Source: a virus
Lineage: Duplodnaviria > Caudoviricetes
DNA: 39,374 nucleotides
IMG/VR virus record: IMGVR_UViG_3300050196_000164
Coordinates: 1 to 39,374 of that record
Reading direction: 5' to 3' (one strand)
Shown here piece by piece: positions 1 through 8,338 of this stretch. The first letter of the stretch is position 1; each line of letters begins with the position of its first letter. A program made the position numbers and the translations under genes. The notes beneath the pieces are model-generated. The model made no database searches. It saw nothing but the letters and a program-made list of their open reading frames with translations, and was not told the origin of the DNA.

Positions 1-12
1 GCGCCTGCCCCC

Positions 13-309
13 GTGCAGGCGCCACGCCATCCGCGCAAGCCACGCGCTGCCAAGACCATCGACACGCCTGCCGCCGATCAGCCGGCGATCGACACGCCTG
101 CCGAAGGCGACGGCCTGACCCACACGATCGAGCAGCGCCGGCAACTCAGGGGCACCGACCGCGAGAACCCCGACCGCCTGGCGGGCGACGCCCTGCGGCA
201 GTTCTGCAACGAGCGCGGCATGGCCCGGTCAGAGCTTGCGACCATGGCCGATGAGCGCATGCGCGAGCAAGTGAAGTTCATCGTGCGCCGCCAGTACGAG
301 GCGCCGTAA
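13..309 (+). CDS. Hypothetical phage protein, probably 5'-truncated by the window edge
   Basis: Open frame with GC3-biased codons ending 12 nt before the next gene; true start may lie upstream of the window. Confidence 0.55.
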   Translation: MQAPRHPRKPRAAKTIDTPAADQPAIDTPAEGDGLTHTIEQRRQLRGTDRENPDRLAGDALRQFCNERGMARSELATMADERMREQVKFIVRRQYEAP

Positions 310-321
310 TCGGGGTGAAAA

Positions 322-1116
322 ATGGCCGCAACGACCACGGTGCGCGACCTGCTTGGTCGCGCTTCCACCTTGCTGCGCGACATCGACCCGCAGTGGACGA
401 AGTGGTCGGAGTGGGAGCTTGTCTCGTGGGCGAACGACGGCCTGTTGGCCATCACCAAATACCTGCCGTCGGCCTGCACGCGCATTGACGCGCTGTGCCT
501 GCAACCAGGCACCCACCAGTCCATTGACCTGATCCCGGCCGCGAACTGCAAGCCGCTGGACGGATCTACCCGCAGCGCCCCGGTGTACGGCTTGGGGCTG
601 ATTGACGTGCCGCGCAACATGGGCGCCGACGGCATTTCACCAGGCCGCGCCGTGCGCGTGGTGGACAAAGACGATCTCGACACTGCAAGCGACCTTTGGC
701 ACCAGACCATCGGGACAGAGGTACGGCAGTTCACATTCAACCCTCAGACCCCGCGCGTGTTCTTCGTGCAGCCTGGCGTGCCGGTTGGCGCCACGAAGGT
801 ATGGGTCCACACGGTGTACGCAGCCAAGCCCGACGCCATCCCGAACACCGGCAGCAAGGGCGCCGAGATCTACTCGCTCAGCGGCTCAAACACGACCCTG
901 CTTTCCATCCAAGACAGCAACGTGGATGACATGCTGATGTACGTGATTGCCCGGGCCAACATGCGCCCCGGGTCGGCTTCCAGCGCAGACATGGCAGCCA
1001 AGGCCACGGCCATGTTCACCGGGTCCATCAATGCTCAGGTGCTTGCCATGACAGGCAACAACCCGAACCTGAAGATGCTGCCAATGGTGACGAACGTCAT
1101 TGGCCAGGCTTCGTGA
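322..1116 (+). CDS. Virion head-tail adaptor-like protein (DUF6682-like)
   Basis: 264 aa; the N-terminus 'VRDLLGRASTLLRD..QWTKWSEWELVSWANDG' resembles podovirus adaptor/DUF6682 proteins; first of the tail-associated genes. Confidence 0.65.
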   Translation: MAATTTVRDLLGRASTLLRDIDPQWTKWSEWELVSWANDGLLAITKYLPSACTRIDALCLQPGTHQSIDLIPAANCKPLDGSTRSAPVYGLGLIDVPRNMGADGISPGRAVRVVDKDDLDTASDLWHQTIGTEVRQFTFNPQTPRVFFVQPGVPVGATKVWVHTVYAAKPDAIPNTGSKGAEIYSLSGSNTTLLSIQDSNVDDMLMYVIARANMRPGSASSADMAAKATAMFTGSINAQVLAMTGNNPNLKMLPMVTNVIGQAS

Positions 1117-1123
1117 GGAAGCC

Positions 1124-1762
1124 ATGACCATCGTTCTCTACGAGGAAACCGCGCTCAGCTTCGACGCGATCTACCCCTACGTGCTGCCCAGCGTGAAGGG
1201 CGCGGCTCTGCCGCTGGTGGACATCGCCATTGCCGAGGCCATGGCCGAGTTCACCCGCCGCACCCAGGTTTGGGAGGATGAACTCGACGTGTTCCAGACC
1301 GAGGAAGGCGCATCCGTGTATGAGGTGCCCTTGCCGGTAGACACGATCATCGCCAAGCTGATCGATGTGAACGTGGGTGCCCAGCAATACGCCCTCGTGA
1401 ACCGGCGCGACGCGCGCCGCAACCGCCTGGACGGCATGACCAGCCAGACGGCCATGCTCACTGGCCAGCACCAGATCACCCTTTACCCGGTGCCCAGCAC
1501 CGTGGTGGATGTGAGCACCGAGGCCGTGCTGTGCACCGAACTGACCGCCCGCAGCATCCCCGGCGTGCTGACTGAGTACCTGTCGGACCTGGCCCACGGG
1601 GTGCTGGGCCGGCTCATGGATCAGTCGGGCAAGGCCTGGACGGACCACCAGCAGGCCGCCACGAAGCTCGCACGCTTCAACCAGCGCATCAAGATCATTG
1701 GCTTGCGCACCTCGATCAATGCCAGCGCCTCGCGGCCCTGGAAAGAGCCGGACGCCTACTGA
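1124..1762 (+). CDS. Phage adaptor / tail-associated structural protein
   Basis: ATG 1124 after GAGG; motifs 'AMAEFTRRTQVW', 'ITLYPVP' and 'LAHGVLGRLM..GKAWTD' are typical of podovirus adaptor proteins. Confidence 0.65.
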   Translation: MTIVLYEETALSFDAIYPYVLPSVKGAALPLVDIAIAEAMAEFTRRTQVWEDELDVFQTEEGASVYEVPLPVDTIIAKLIDVNVGAQQYALVNRRDARRNRLDGMTSQTAMLTGQHQITLYPVPSTVVDVSTEAVLCTELTARSIPGVLTEYLSDLAHGVLGRLMDQSGKAWTDHQQAATKLARFNQRIKIIGLRTSINASASRPWKEPDAY

Positions 1763-1770
1763 GACGCCCC

Positions 1771-4167
1771 ATGAAGAAATACAAGTTCTTTCGCGAGGTG
1801 TTGCAAAACCAGTTTGGCAACATCTACAAGGGCGCCACGGTTCAGGTGCTGAATCTGGACAACTCGACTGCGCAGATCTACCTGGCGGCTGACGGTTCTG
1901 GCGGGCCGATTCCCAGCAGTACCGTACTGACCAACACCGACGGCGAATACTCGTTTTTCTCGCTGGACGGTATCTATTCGGTGACGGTTTCGATGGTGGG
2001 CTATCGATCGATCACGAAGCAAATCACCGTTGGCGCCGGCTATTTCGCCTACGAGGTGCAGGCCCAGCTTGACCTCACCGGCAAAAGCCTGTGGAACTGG
2101 CTGACCGATGCGCAGATCGCTGACGCCATGGCCGGCACCGCGCTCATCAGCATGCCTGCGGCCGTCAACCAGGCCGTCGCAGACACGGCCGCCAATGGGG
2201 ACCGCCTGTTGGTTCCCAAGGGCATCTACCTCATGGACGGCCCATTCAAGCTGGTGTCGAACATGCGCATCAGATTCGCGCCTGGCGCCGTGCTGCTGCG
2301 GGCGTTCCAGCCAGCCACCGGCGTGTATGCCTTCGTGGATCAGGATGACCGCTACACCGACGTGACGGACATAGTTTGGGAGGGAGGCGAGATCCGCGGG
2401 GATGCCGCCTACACCTACTCGGGCAACGTCTTCGGCGGGCGCCTGCGACGCTTCCGCATCGATGACCTGATCATCAACTACTACGGGAAAAACGGGGTAG
2501 GTGGCCGGGCTTTCAACTTCGTGGGCTTCCAAGGGGAGATCAACCGGGCCCGCATCCTGAACCCTGCCCAGTTCATCGGTGTGGGCGGCTTCCGCATGCT
2601 GGGCGGCGAGGACGTGAAGGTCCGCAAGGCCATCGTCTATTCGGGAGACGACTGCTTTCAGTTCGTGCCTACGCTGAGCGGGCCCTACGGAAATCAGGAC
2701 ATTCGTAGGTCGCACTATGAGGACTGCTGGGGCCAGTCCTATGCCGCGAAGCTGTGCACCGTGGCGGACACCGACCGCAATGTCAACCTCAATTCGCCGC
2801 TGACCAACGAAATTGCCGATGTGGGTTTCACCCGCGTGCGTGGCATCCACTGGGCCAACGGCATCCAGATCGACGTGTCGGCCGACACCACCAAGGGCAT
2901 CAAGAACGTCACATTGGAGGACGTGTGCCCAACCCAGGACAGCGGCCAGACCGGCACGTACTACAGCCTGCAGATCGTGGTGACGGACAACGCGAATTTC
3001 GCGTTCGCGGGCTATGGCCTGGATACCCTGCACATCAAGCGCGGGGAATACTCCAACGCCTACCACCAGGCGCTGAACGTCATTGACCAGACCACGACGG
3101 GGGCTGCCCACAAGATCAACGGGCTTTTCCTTGATGACGTGAAGCTGGGCAAGCCGCGTAGCACCGACCGCACGGCCGAGATTCAGGCCGGCAAGAACGT
3201 GCGCATCCGTGGTGGCCTGATCGAAGGCCATTCGGAAAGCCCCAGCGTGGTGAAGCTGGGCGGCACCACCAAGGCCCCGGCCGATGTGAAGATCGATGCG
3301 CGGATCACCAACATCGGTGGTTCGTCCATCGGTGGCCACGTGGCGACCGCCTGGGGCGTGCAGGTGTTCTCGGGCGACGCCATCCGCATCCTGAGTTCCT
3401 TCGAGCCCACCACCGACTACGCGACCACCGATGCCCGCGCCGTACAGGTGAACAGCGCCGGCACGAACGTGCTGGTGACGGGCTCCGACGTGACGAAGCT
3501 CACCGGATCGCCATTCACGGACCAGTCTTCGACCGGCACCCAGTTGAAGGCGGCGGCCAACCTGGGCGCAGCCGATTTGGGCTCCCCTGACCCGCTGCGC
3601 ATGCCTGGCGCGAACTTCGTATGGGACGTGCCCTTGCCGCCCGTGGTGGAGGCGCTGGCCGCGCCGACGGCGATCGACACGCTGATGTTGATCCCGGTGT
3701 GGGTGCAGGAGCCACAGAAGATCGACAACCTGGGCATCCGCGTGACCACGGCCGGCGCGGGCAGCGCCTACAAGCTGGGCATCTGGAAGAACGGCACCAG
3801 GCAGCCCACCGGCACGCCGGTGCTGGCCGTGAACACCGGCGTGGCGACCACGGCCGTGGGCATCGCTCAGGCGACGTTCACCGGCGTGACCCTGCAAAAG
3901 GGCTGGTACTGGGTCGGCTTCGTCTTCACCGGCACCCTGCCCACCAACAAGGCTCTCGCCGCCAGCAGCCCGGCCATGGGCAACGTGGTGGGCGCTTCAT
4001 CTTCCACCAACGCCCTGCCGGGCGGGCTCACTGCCGAGTTCGCCGGCCTGTCCGTGGCACAGCCGTACGCCAATGACATCAGCACCCTGGACCTCACCTC
4101 TGCCACCTTCACCCGCCTGACGGCCGCGGCCGTGCCCATTCCAACCTGGCGCGTGAACAACAACTGA
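1771..4167 (+). CDS. Tailspike / polysaccharide depolymerase with right-handed beta-helix
   Basis: 798 aa; short N-terminal anchor domain, then 'LLVPKGIYL', 'SGDDCF' and I/V-x-N/D ladder repeats of pectate-lyase/GH28-like beta-helices; beta-rich C-terminal domain. Confidence 0.75.
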   Translation: MKKYKFFREVLQNQFGNIYKGATVQVLNLDNSTAQIYLAADGSGGPIPSSTVLTNTDGEYSFFSLDGIYSVTVSMVGYRSITKQITVGAGYFAYEVQAQLDLTGKSLWNWLTDAQIADAMAGTALISMPAAVNQAVADTAANGDRLLVPKGIYLMDGPFKLVSNMRIRFAPGAVLLRAFQPATGVYAFVDQDDRYTDVTDIVWEGGEIRGDAAYTYSGNVFGGRLRRFRIDDLIINYYGKNGVGGRAFNFVGFQGEINRARILNPAQFIGVGGFRMLGGEDVKVRKAIVYSGDDCFQFVPTLSGPYGNQDIRRSHYEDCWGQSYAAKLCTVADTDRNVNLNSPLTNEIADVGFTRVRGIHWANGIQIDVSADTTKGIKNVTLEDVCPTQDSGQTGTYYSLQIVVTDNANFAFAGYGLDTLHIKRGEYSNAYHQALNVIDQTTTGAAHKINGLFLDDVKLGKPRSTDRTAEIQAGKNVRIRGGLIEGHSESPSVVKLGGTTKAPADVKIDARITNIGGSSIGGHVATAWGVQVFSGDAIRILSSFEPTTDYATTDARAVQVNSAGTNVLVTGSDVTKLTGSPFTDQSSTGTQLKAAANLGAADLGSPDPLRMPGANFVWDVPLPPVVEALAAPTAIDTLMLIPVWVQEPQKIDNLGIRVTTAGAGSAYKLGIWKNGTRQPTGTPVLAVNTGVATTAVGIAQATFTGVTLQKGWYWVGFVFTGTLPTNKALAASSPAMGNVVGASSSTNALPGGLTAEFAGLSVAQPYANDISTLDLTSATFTRLTAAAVPIPTWRVNNN

Positions 4168-4178
4168 AGGACATCGCC

Positions 4179-4358
4179 ATGTCGGAACCGATCAACACCA
4201 GCGACGAGGCCGTCAAAAGCGCCATCAAGGAGGCAATCCGCGAATGGCTCGATGCCCAGTTCGCGACCTTCGGCAAGTGGACGCTCATGGGCCTTGCCAG
4301 CGCCGGCATGGCCGCGCTTCTCTACTTCACCCTGACGAGTGCCGGCTGGCACAAGTGA
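4179..4358 (+). CDS. Small single-TM membrane protein (holin/antiholin candidate); missing from the ORF track
   Basis: My translation: MSEPINTSDEAVKSAIKEAIREWLDAQFATFGKWTLMGLASAGMAALLYFTLTSAGWHK (59 aa). AAGGA SD upstream; it fills the gap between tailspike and lysin. Confidence 0.75.
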   Translation: MSEPINTSDEAVKSAIKEAIREWLDAQFATFGKWTLMGLASAGMAALLYFTLTSAGWHK

Positions 4359-4384
4359 CCACCACCCACCCAAGGAGCAACGCC

Positions 4385-5323
4385 ATGCGCATGCGACACC
4401 TGTTCATCCTGATCGGCTCACTGATCGTGCTGGCCGGCCTGTTCATCACCGACCCCGACGGCGGCCGGGCCACGAGCATCTGGTTGCTGAGCCTGGGCAG
4501 CGGCGTGCTGGCCGTTGGCTTCGCGCACTACGGCCGCAAGGCCCTGCACGACTACCCCGAGGCGAACTTTCAGCGCCTGCTGGGCAAGGCCTCCGAGCAC
4601 CCCATCGGCGCCGGCCTGGCCTGCATCGCCCTGGCCATCGTCTTCCAAGCGTTGACGGGCTTGTTTCACGTCGCCCACGCCCAGGACGTGCGCACGTTCG
4701 TGCCACCTGCCGCGGCGCAGCATCTGCCAACCCTGCGCGCCGACATTGACCAGGCATGGCCCGATCACCCGCTGCGTGAGGTGCTGCCCGCCCTGATCGA
4801 GCACGAAAGCTGCATCAGCCTGAAGCATTCGCGGTGCTGGTCGGCCACGAGCCGGCTGCGCACGGCGCGCGAGGAAGGCGCCGGAATGCCGCAGATCACC
4901 CGCACCTTCAACCCCGACGGGTCCGTGCGCTTCGACTCGCTGGCAGCGATGCGCGATCGACACCCCGAGCTACGCGCGCTGTCCTGGGCCAACGTCTATT
5001 CCCGGCCGGATCTGCAACTGCTGACCGTGGTGCTGATGAACCGGGACAACTTCAGGGCCCTGGCCACCATCAGGTCACAGGATGACCGCCTGGCGATGAC
5101 CGATGCCGCCTACAACCAGGGCGCCGGCGCCGTGCAGCGCGATCGGCGCCTGTGCCAGATCACCCCCGGCTGCGACCCGCAGCGGTGGTGGGGCCACGTG
5201 GAACGCACCTGCACGGCCAGCCACGCGGCCCTGTACGCCGGCCGGTCGGCCTGCGACATCAGCCGGCACCACGTGGCCGACGTGCTGCGGGTGCGCTCGC
5301 CCAAATACCGGGGGCTGGTGTGA
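4385..5323 (+). CDS. Lytic transglycosylase (SLT-type) endolysin with N-terminal 3-TM holin-like region
   Basis: ATG 4385 after AAGGAG. Three hydrophobic segments in the first ~95 aa, then SLT motifs 'IEHES', 'GAGMPQIT' and 'AAYNQG'. Confidence 0.8.
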   Translation: MRMRHLFILIGSLIVLAGLFITDPDGGRATSIWLLSLGSGVLAVGFAHYGRKALHDYPEANFQRLLGKASEHPIGAGLACIALAIVFQALTGLFHVAHAQDVRTFVPPAAAQHLPTLRADIDQAWPDHPLREVLPALIEHESCISLKHSRCWSATSRLRTAREEGAGMPQITRTFNPDGSVRFDSLAAMRDRHPELRALSWANVYSRPDLQLLTVVLMNRDNFRALATIRSQDDRLAMTDAAYNQGAGAVQRDRRLCQITPGCDPQRWWGHVERTCTASHAALYAGRSACDISRHHVADVLRVRSPKYRGLV

Positions 5324-5814
5324 AGGGCGTCGCTTGGGGTGTGGTGCATCTGGCAGTGCTGGCGGCCGTGCTGCTGGGCCTGCGGTGGCATGCCTCTGTC
5401 CACCAGGCCCACGGCCGCGCCGAGGTGCAGGCCAAGTGGGACGCCGAGAAGATCCACCAGGCTGCCCAAGCCATCGACGACACCCAGCGCCTGCACCAGG
5501 CGCAACAGGAGATCCAACGTGTTGCCTCGCTCGCTCGCGCCCATGTGGACGCTGATGTTCGCCGTGCTGCTGATGTGCGCCTGCACGACGCCGCCCACGC
5601 CTTCGCCGGCCCTGTCCCCGGTCCTGCCGAACCTGTCGGACTCTGCGCGGCAGCCGACGCCCGGGCCCGAGTGCTTGCCGACGTGCTCAGCGAAGTTGAC
5701 GACTTCGCGGGAGCAGTGGCGGCAGAGGCTGACCGGGCCCGCGTCGCCGGCATCGAGTGCCAGCAGTCCTACGACTCGCTGACCACCATTCACCCAGGAG
5801 AAACCAACCCATGA
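5320..5814 (+). CDS. i-spanin (Rz-like)
   Basis: GTG overlaps the lysin stop; N-terminal TM followed by an Ala/Gln-rich coiled coil and C-terminal 'AGIECQQSYDSL', typical of Rz. Confidence 0.75.
   Translation: MKGVAWGVVHLAVLAAVLLGLRWHASVHQAHGRAEVQAKWDAEKIHQAAQAIDDTQRLHQAQQEIQRVASLARAHVDADVRRAADVRLHDAAHAFAGPVPGPAEPVGLCAAADARARVLADVLSEVDDFAGAVAAEADRARVAGIECQQSYDSLTTIHPGETNP
5519..5782 (+). CDS. o-spanin lipoprotein (Rz1-like), embedded in the i-spanin gene
   Basis: AGGAG at 5507-5511 then GTG 5519; signal peptide ending 'VLLMCAC', then a Pro-rich mature part with 'PECLPTCS..LT..REQW'; different frame wholly inside Rz. Confidence 0.75.
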   Translation: MLPRSLAPMWTLMFAVLLMCACTTPPTPSPALSPVLPNLSDSARQPTPGPECLPTCSAKLTTSREQWRQRLTGPASPASSASSPTTR

Positions 5815-7118
5815 GCTTGCTTCGTGTACGGCGCGCCGCGCGCTTCATTGGAGAGTGGCTGAATGCCGCTGTCACCTACCTGACTGCTGACGCCTGGGGC
5901 AATCTGTCCATCACCGGCGTGCGCAACACCATGCGCGATGACTTCAACAATTCGGGTTCTGGCCTGAGCGCCGTGAATGCGACGCTGTGGGATGTGAAGC
6001 TGGACGCTTCAATGACCATGAGCGCATCTGGATCTGCGCTGAATATCGTTGGCGGAACAGTGGCCAACGTGTCCACGGTGCTTTTGTCCAAGCAGATTTT
6101 CACAGTGCCATTCCGAGGAATCCTGGGATTCCGGCAGAGCCAGGCCAAACAGGCGAACGAGGCCATCCGCATCGAGTTCGTGGCGATCAACGAAGACGGC
6201 ACGCTTGACGAGAACAACAAGGTTTACATGGAAACTCCGCTGGCCGGCACCGGTTCCGTGCAGTATTCGCTGGTAACGGTTTCCGACGGCAACAGCTATT
6301 CGCAGACCGTCACGGGGCAGAGCATCAACACCATCGATGGTTTCTATGACCTGTCGGTGGACTGGGACCAGATCATCAGCGCCTACGGCACGCTGAACAG
6401 TTCGCGCACAGCCTCAATGCAGCGTGATCACATCCTCCCCGACGTGAACAAGGCCTACAAGTTGCGGGTTTCTGTCGTTCACGATGTTGGCTTTGCAGGC
6501 ACCGCCACCACGTTCACCCTCTACTGTGCTGTCGCCATGGACATGACCGAGGTGCAGGCCGAAATCACCGGCAGCCGCGGTGGTGGGCCGGCTTTGAATG
6601 TGGCGCAGTTGCCTGGCGCTGTCTATCAGACCGTGGCAGGCTGCCTGAACGTGTCCACCAGCATGACACGGCCGGCCAACGTGACGCAGTACGCTGTGGG
6701 CCAGCTTGTGGCCAACAACACCGTCGCCGGCAGTGTTGTGCCGATTGCCCTGGCAAGCGTGCTGCGTGCAGCCAACACGCCAGCGACCATCCAGCGCCTG
6801 CGCCTGCGCAAAAGCGGCCCAATCCTGGCGGCCGCCACATTCCGGGTTCACCTCTTCGGCACCGCTGCACCCACCGTGGCCAACGGCGACGGCGCAGCCC
6901 TGTCCATGTCCAGTAGTGCCAACTACCTGGGCTATGCAGACATCAATCTTGACCAGGCATTTACCGATGGCGCCAACGGCAACACCAGCCCCTCCTTCGT
7001 GCCGATCATGGTGAAGGCCAGCGCGCAAACTGTGTGGGCGCTGCTGGAAGCCCGTGATGTCTATACCCCGCTCAGCGGTGAAGTGTTCACGCTGACCGCT
7101 GAAGTGCTGCAGGACTGA
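5811..7118 (+). CDS. Virion fibre/spike-like beta-rich structural protein
   Basis: ATG 5811 after AGGAG; 435 aa rich in T/S/G/V; context between lysis and tail genes. Confidence 0.55.
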   Translation: MSLLRVRRAARFIGEWLNAAVTYLTADAWGNLSITGVRNTMRDDFNNSGSGLSAVNATLWDVKLDASMTMSASGSALNIVGGTVANVSTVLLSKQIFTVPFRGILGFRQSQAKQANEAIRIEFVAINEDGTLDENNKVYMETPLAGTGSVQYSLVTVSDGNSYSQTVTGQSINTIDGFYDLSVDWDQIISAYGTLNSSRTASMQRDHILPDVNKAYKLRVSVVHDVGFAGTATTFTLYCAVAMDMTEVQAEITGSRGGGPALNVAQLPGAVYQTVAGCLNVSTSMTRPANVTQYAVGQLVANNTVAGSVVPIALASVLRAANTPATIQRLRLRKSGPILAAATFRVHLFGTAAPTVANGDGAALSMSSSANYLGYADINLDQAFTDGANGNTSPSFVPIMVKASAQTVWALLEARDVYTPLSGEVFTLTAEVLQD

Positions 7119-7122
7119 CCCC

Positions 7123-8331
7123 ATGCGACGCCGCCAGTACCCGCAGTCGAAGGCGGGCCCCACGCTCACTCTGGACTTTTTGAAGGGCACCATGCCTCCC
7201 GGCGGGACGTTCAGCCGGGCGAGCGCCGCGACCCGCGTCAATGCCGCAGGGCTGCTTGAGACTGTGGCGGCAAATGTGCCGCGACTGGACTACGACCCGG
7301 TGACGCTGGCGTGTCGTGGCTACCTGACAGAAGAAACCAGTGCAAATATGCTCACCGACACGGCTGGCGCGAACCGCGCAGTCGGAATCGGAGCGACGAA
7401 CAACGGCGTCACATCGTCCGTTGTCGGCACCGGCACGGAAGATGGCATTGACTATGTGGATGTCCGGTTTGTAGGTACGCCGACCACCAACGCTGTCAGC
7501 GCAGATGGTGTGCTGTGGATGAATGGCACTAGCCGAATGGCTGTGTCAGAGGGCGTCAACTACACTATTTCCGCCTATTGCAGAAGGGTCAGCGGCACGG
7601 CGGTAATCCCTCAAATCTACTTATGTTGGGAGGCTGCTGGAAATACCTTCCTGTCGCTGGCGTCACTGAACCTCAGCATGACGGCATCGACATTGGCGAG
7701 GGATCGGCAGTGGATTACTGGTGCGGCACCAGCAACCGCGATAACGGCTCGCGTCGCTCTGGCGATTGGCGGGCTCTCAATTGGCGTTGCGTTGGACGTG
7801 ACGTTGCGCATCGGTGGCGCACAGGTGGAGGCAAAAGGATTTCCGACAAGTTACATCCCGACCTATGGGCTATTTGCTTCTCGCAGCTTTGACCAACTCG
7901 CCTACCCCAAGTGGAGCGGGTACGCTGCCACGTCAGGGGCGTGGGCTATTGAATACGACCTACTCTCCCCGTACCAGGGCAATGCCCGCATTATCAGCAA
8001 CGACGGATCAACTCATGCTGTGATTGGTCACGTCAGCGGTGGGTCTGCGGAAAGCTGGCAAGGTGGCGCGGCGGCTGTGACCGCAAACGCTGCCGCTAAC
8101 TTCCTCACGCCAAATAGAGCGGCTGTCGCATATTGGTCGGGCGGACGCCGAATCTGCCTTAATGGCGGGGCGATTGCTAGTGACGCTGGCGCGATGTCGG
8201 TGGTGAACCAGGACATCAATATTGGCTTGGCTCGGGCGTCGAATTCCAATCACTTCAACGGCCACATCCGCAAGCTGACGTACTACCCCTACGCCGCCCC
8301 CGATTCCATGCTCCAAGCACTGACCCGGTAA
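7123..8331 (+). CDS. Head-spike/fibre protein with concanavalin-A/LamG-like C-terminus
   Basis: N-terminus 'TFSRASAATRVNAAGLLETVAANVPRLDYDPVTL..RGYLTEE', 'GAQVEAKGFPTSYIPT' and C-terminus 'GHIRKLTYYP' match a widespread phage fibre/spike architecture. Confidence 0.7.
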   Translation: MRRRQYPQSKAGPTLTLDFLKGTMPPGGTFSRASAATRVNAAGLLETVAANVPRLDYDPVTLACRGYLTEETSANMLTDTAGANRAVGIGATNNGVTSSVVGTGTEDGIDYVDVRFVGTPTTNAVSADGVLWMNGTSRMAVSEGVNYTISAYCRRVSGTAVIPQIYLCWEAAGNTFLSLASLNLSMTASTLARDRQWITGAAPATAITARVALAIGGLSIGVALDVTLRIGGAQVEAKGFPTSYIPTYGLFASRSFDQLAYPKWSGYAATSGAWAIEYDLLSPYQGNARIISNDGSTHAVIGHVSGGSAESWQGGAAAVTANAAANFLTPNRAAVAYWSGGRRICLNGGAIASDAGAMSVVNQDINIGLARASNSNHFNGHIRKLTYYPYAAPDSMLQALTR

Positions 8332-8338
8332 TGCATCC

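Noticed and set aside
58-103. 16-bp direct repeat ATCGACACGCCTGCCG
   Set aside because: In-frame duplication (IDTPA x2) in a low-complexity linker.
7123-8331. Diversity-generating retroelement target
   Set aside because: No reverse transcriptase and no TR/VR repeat pair seen in the window.
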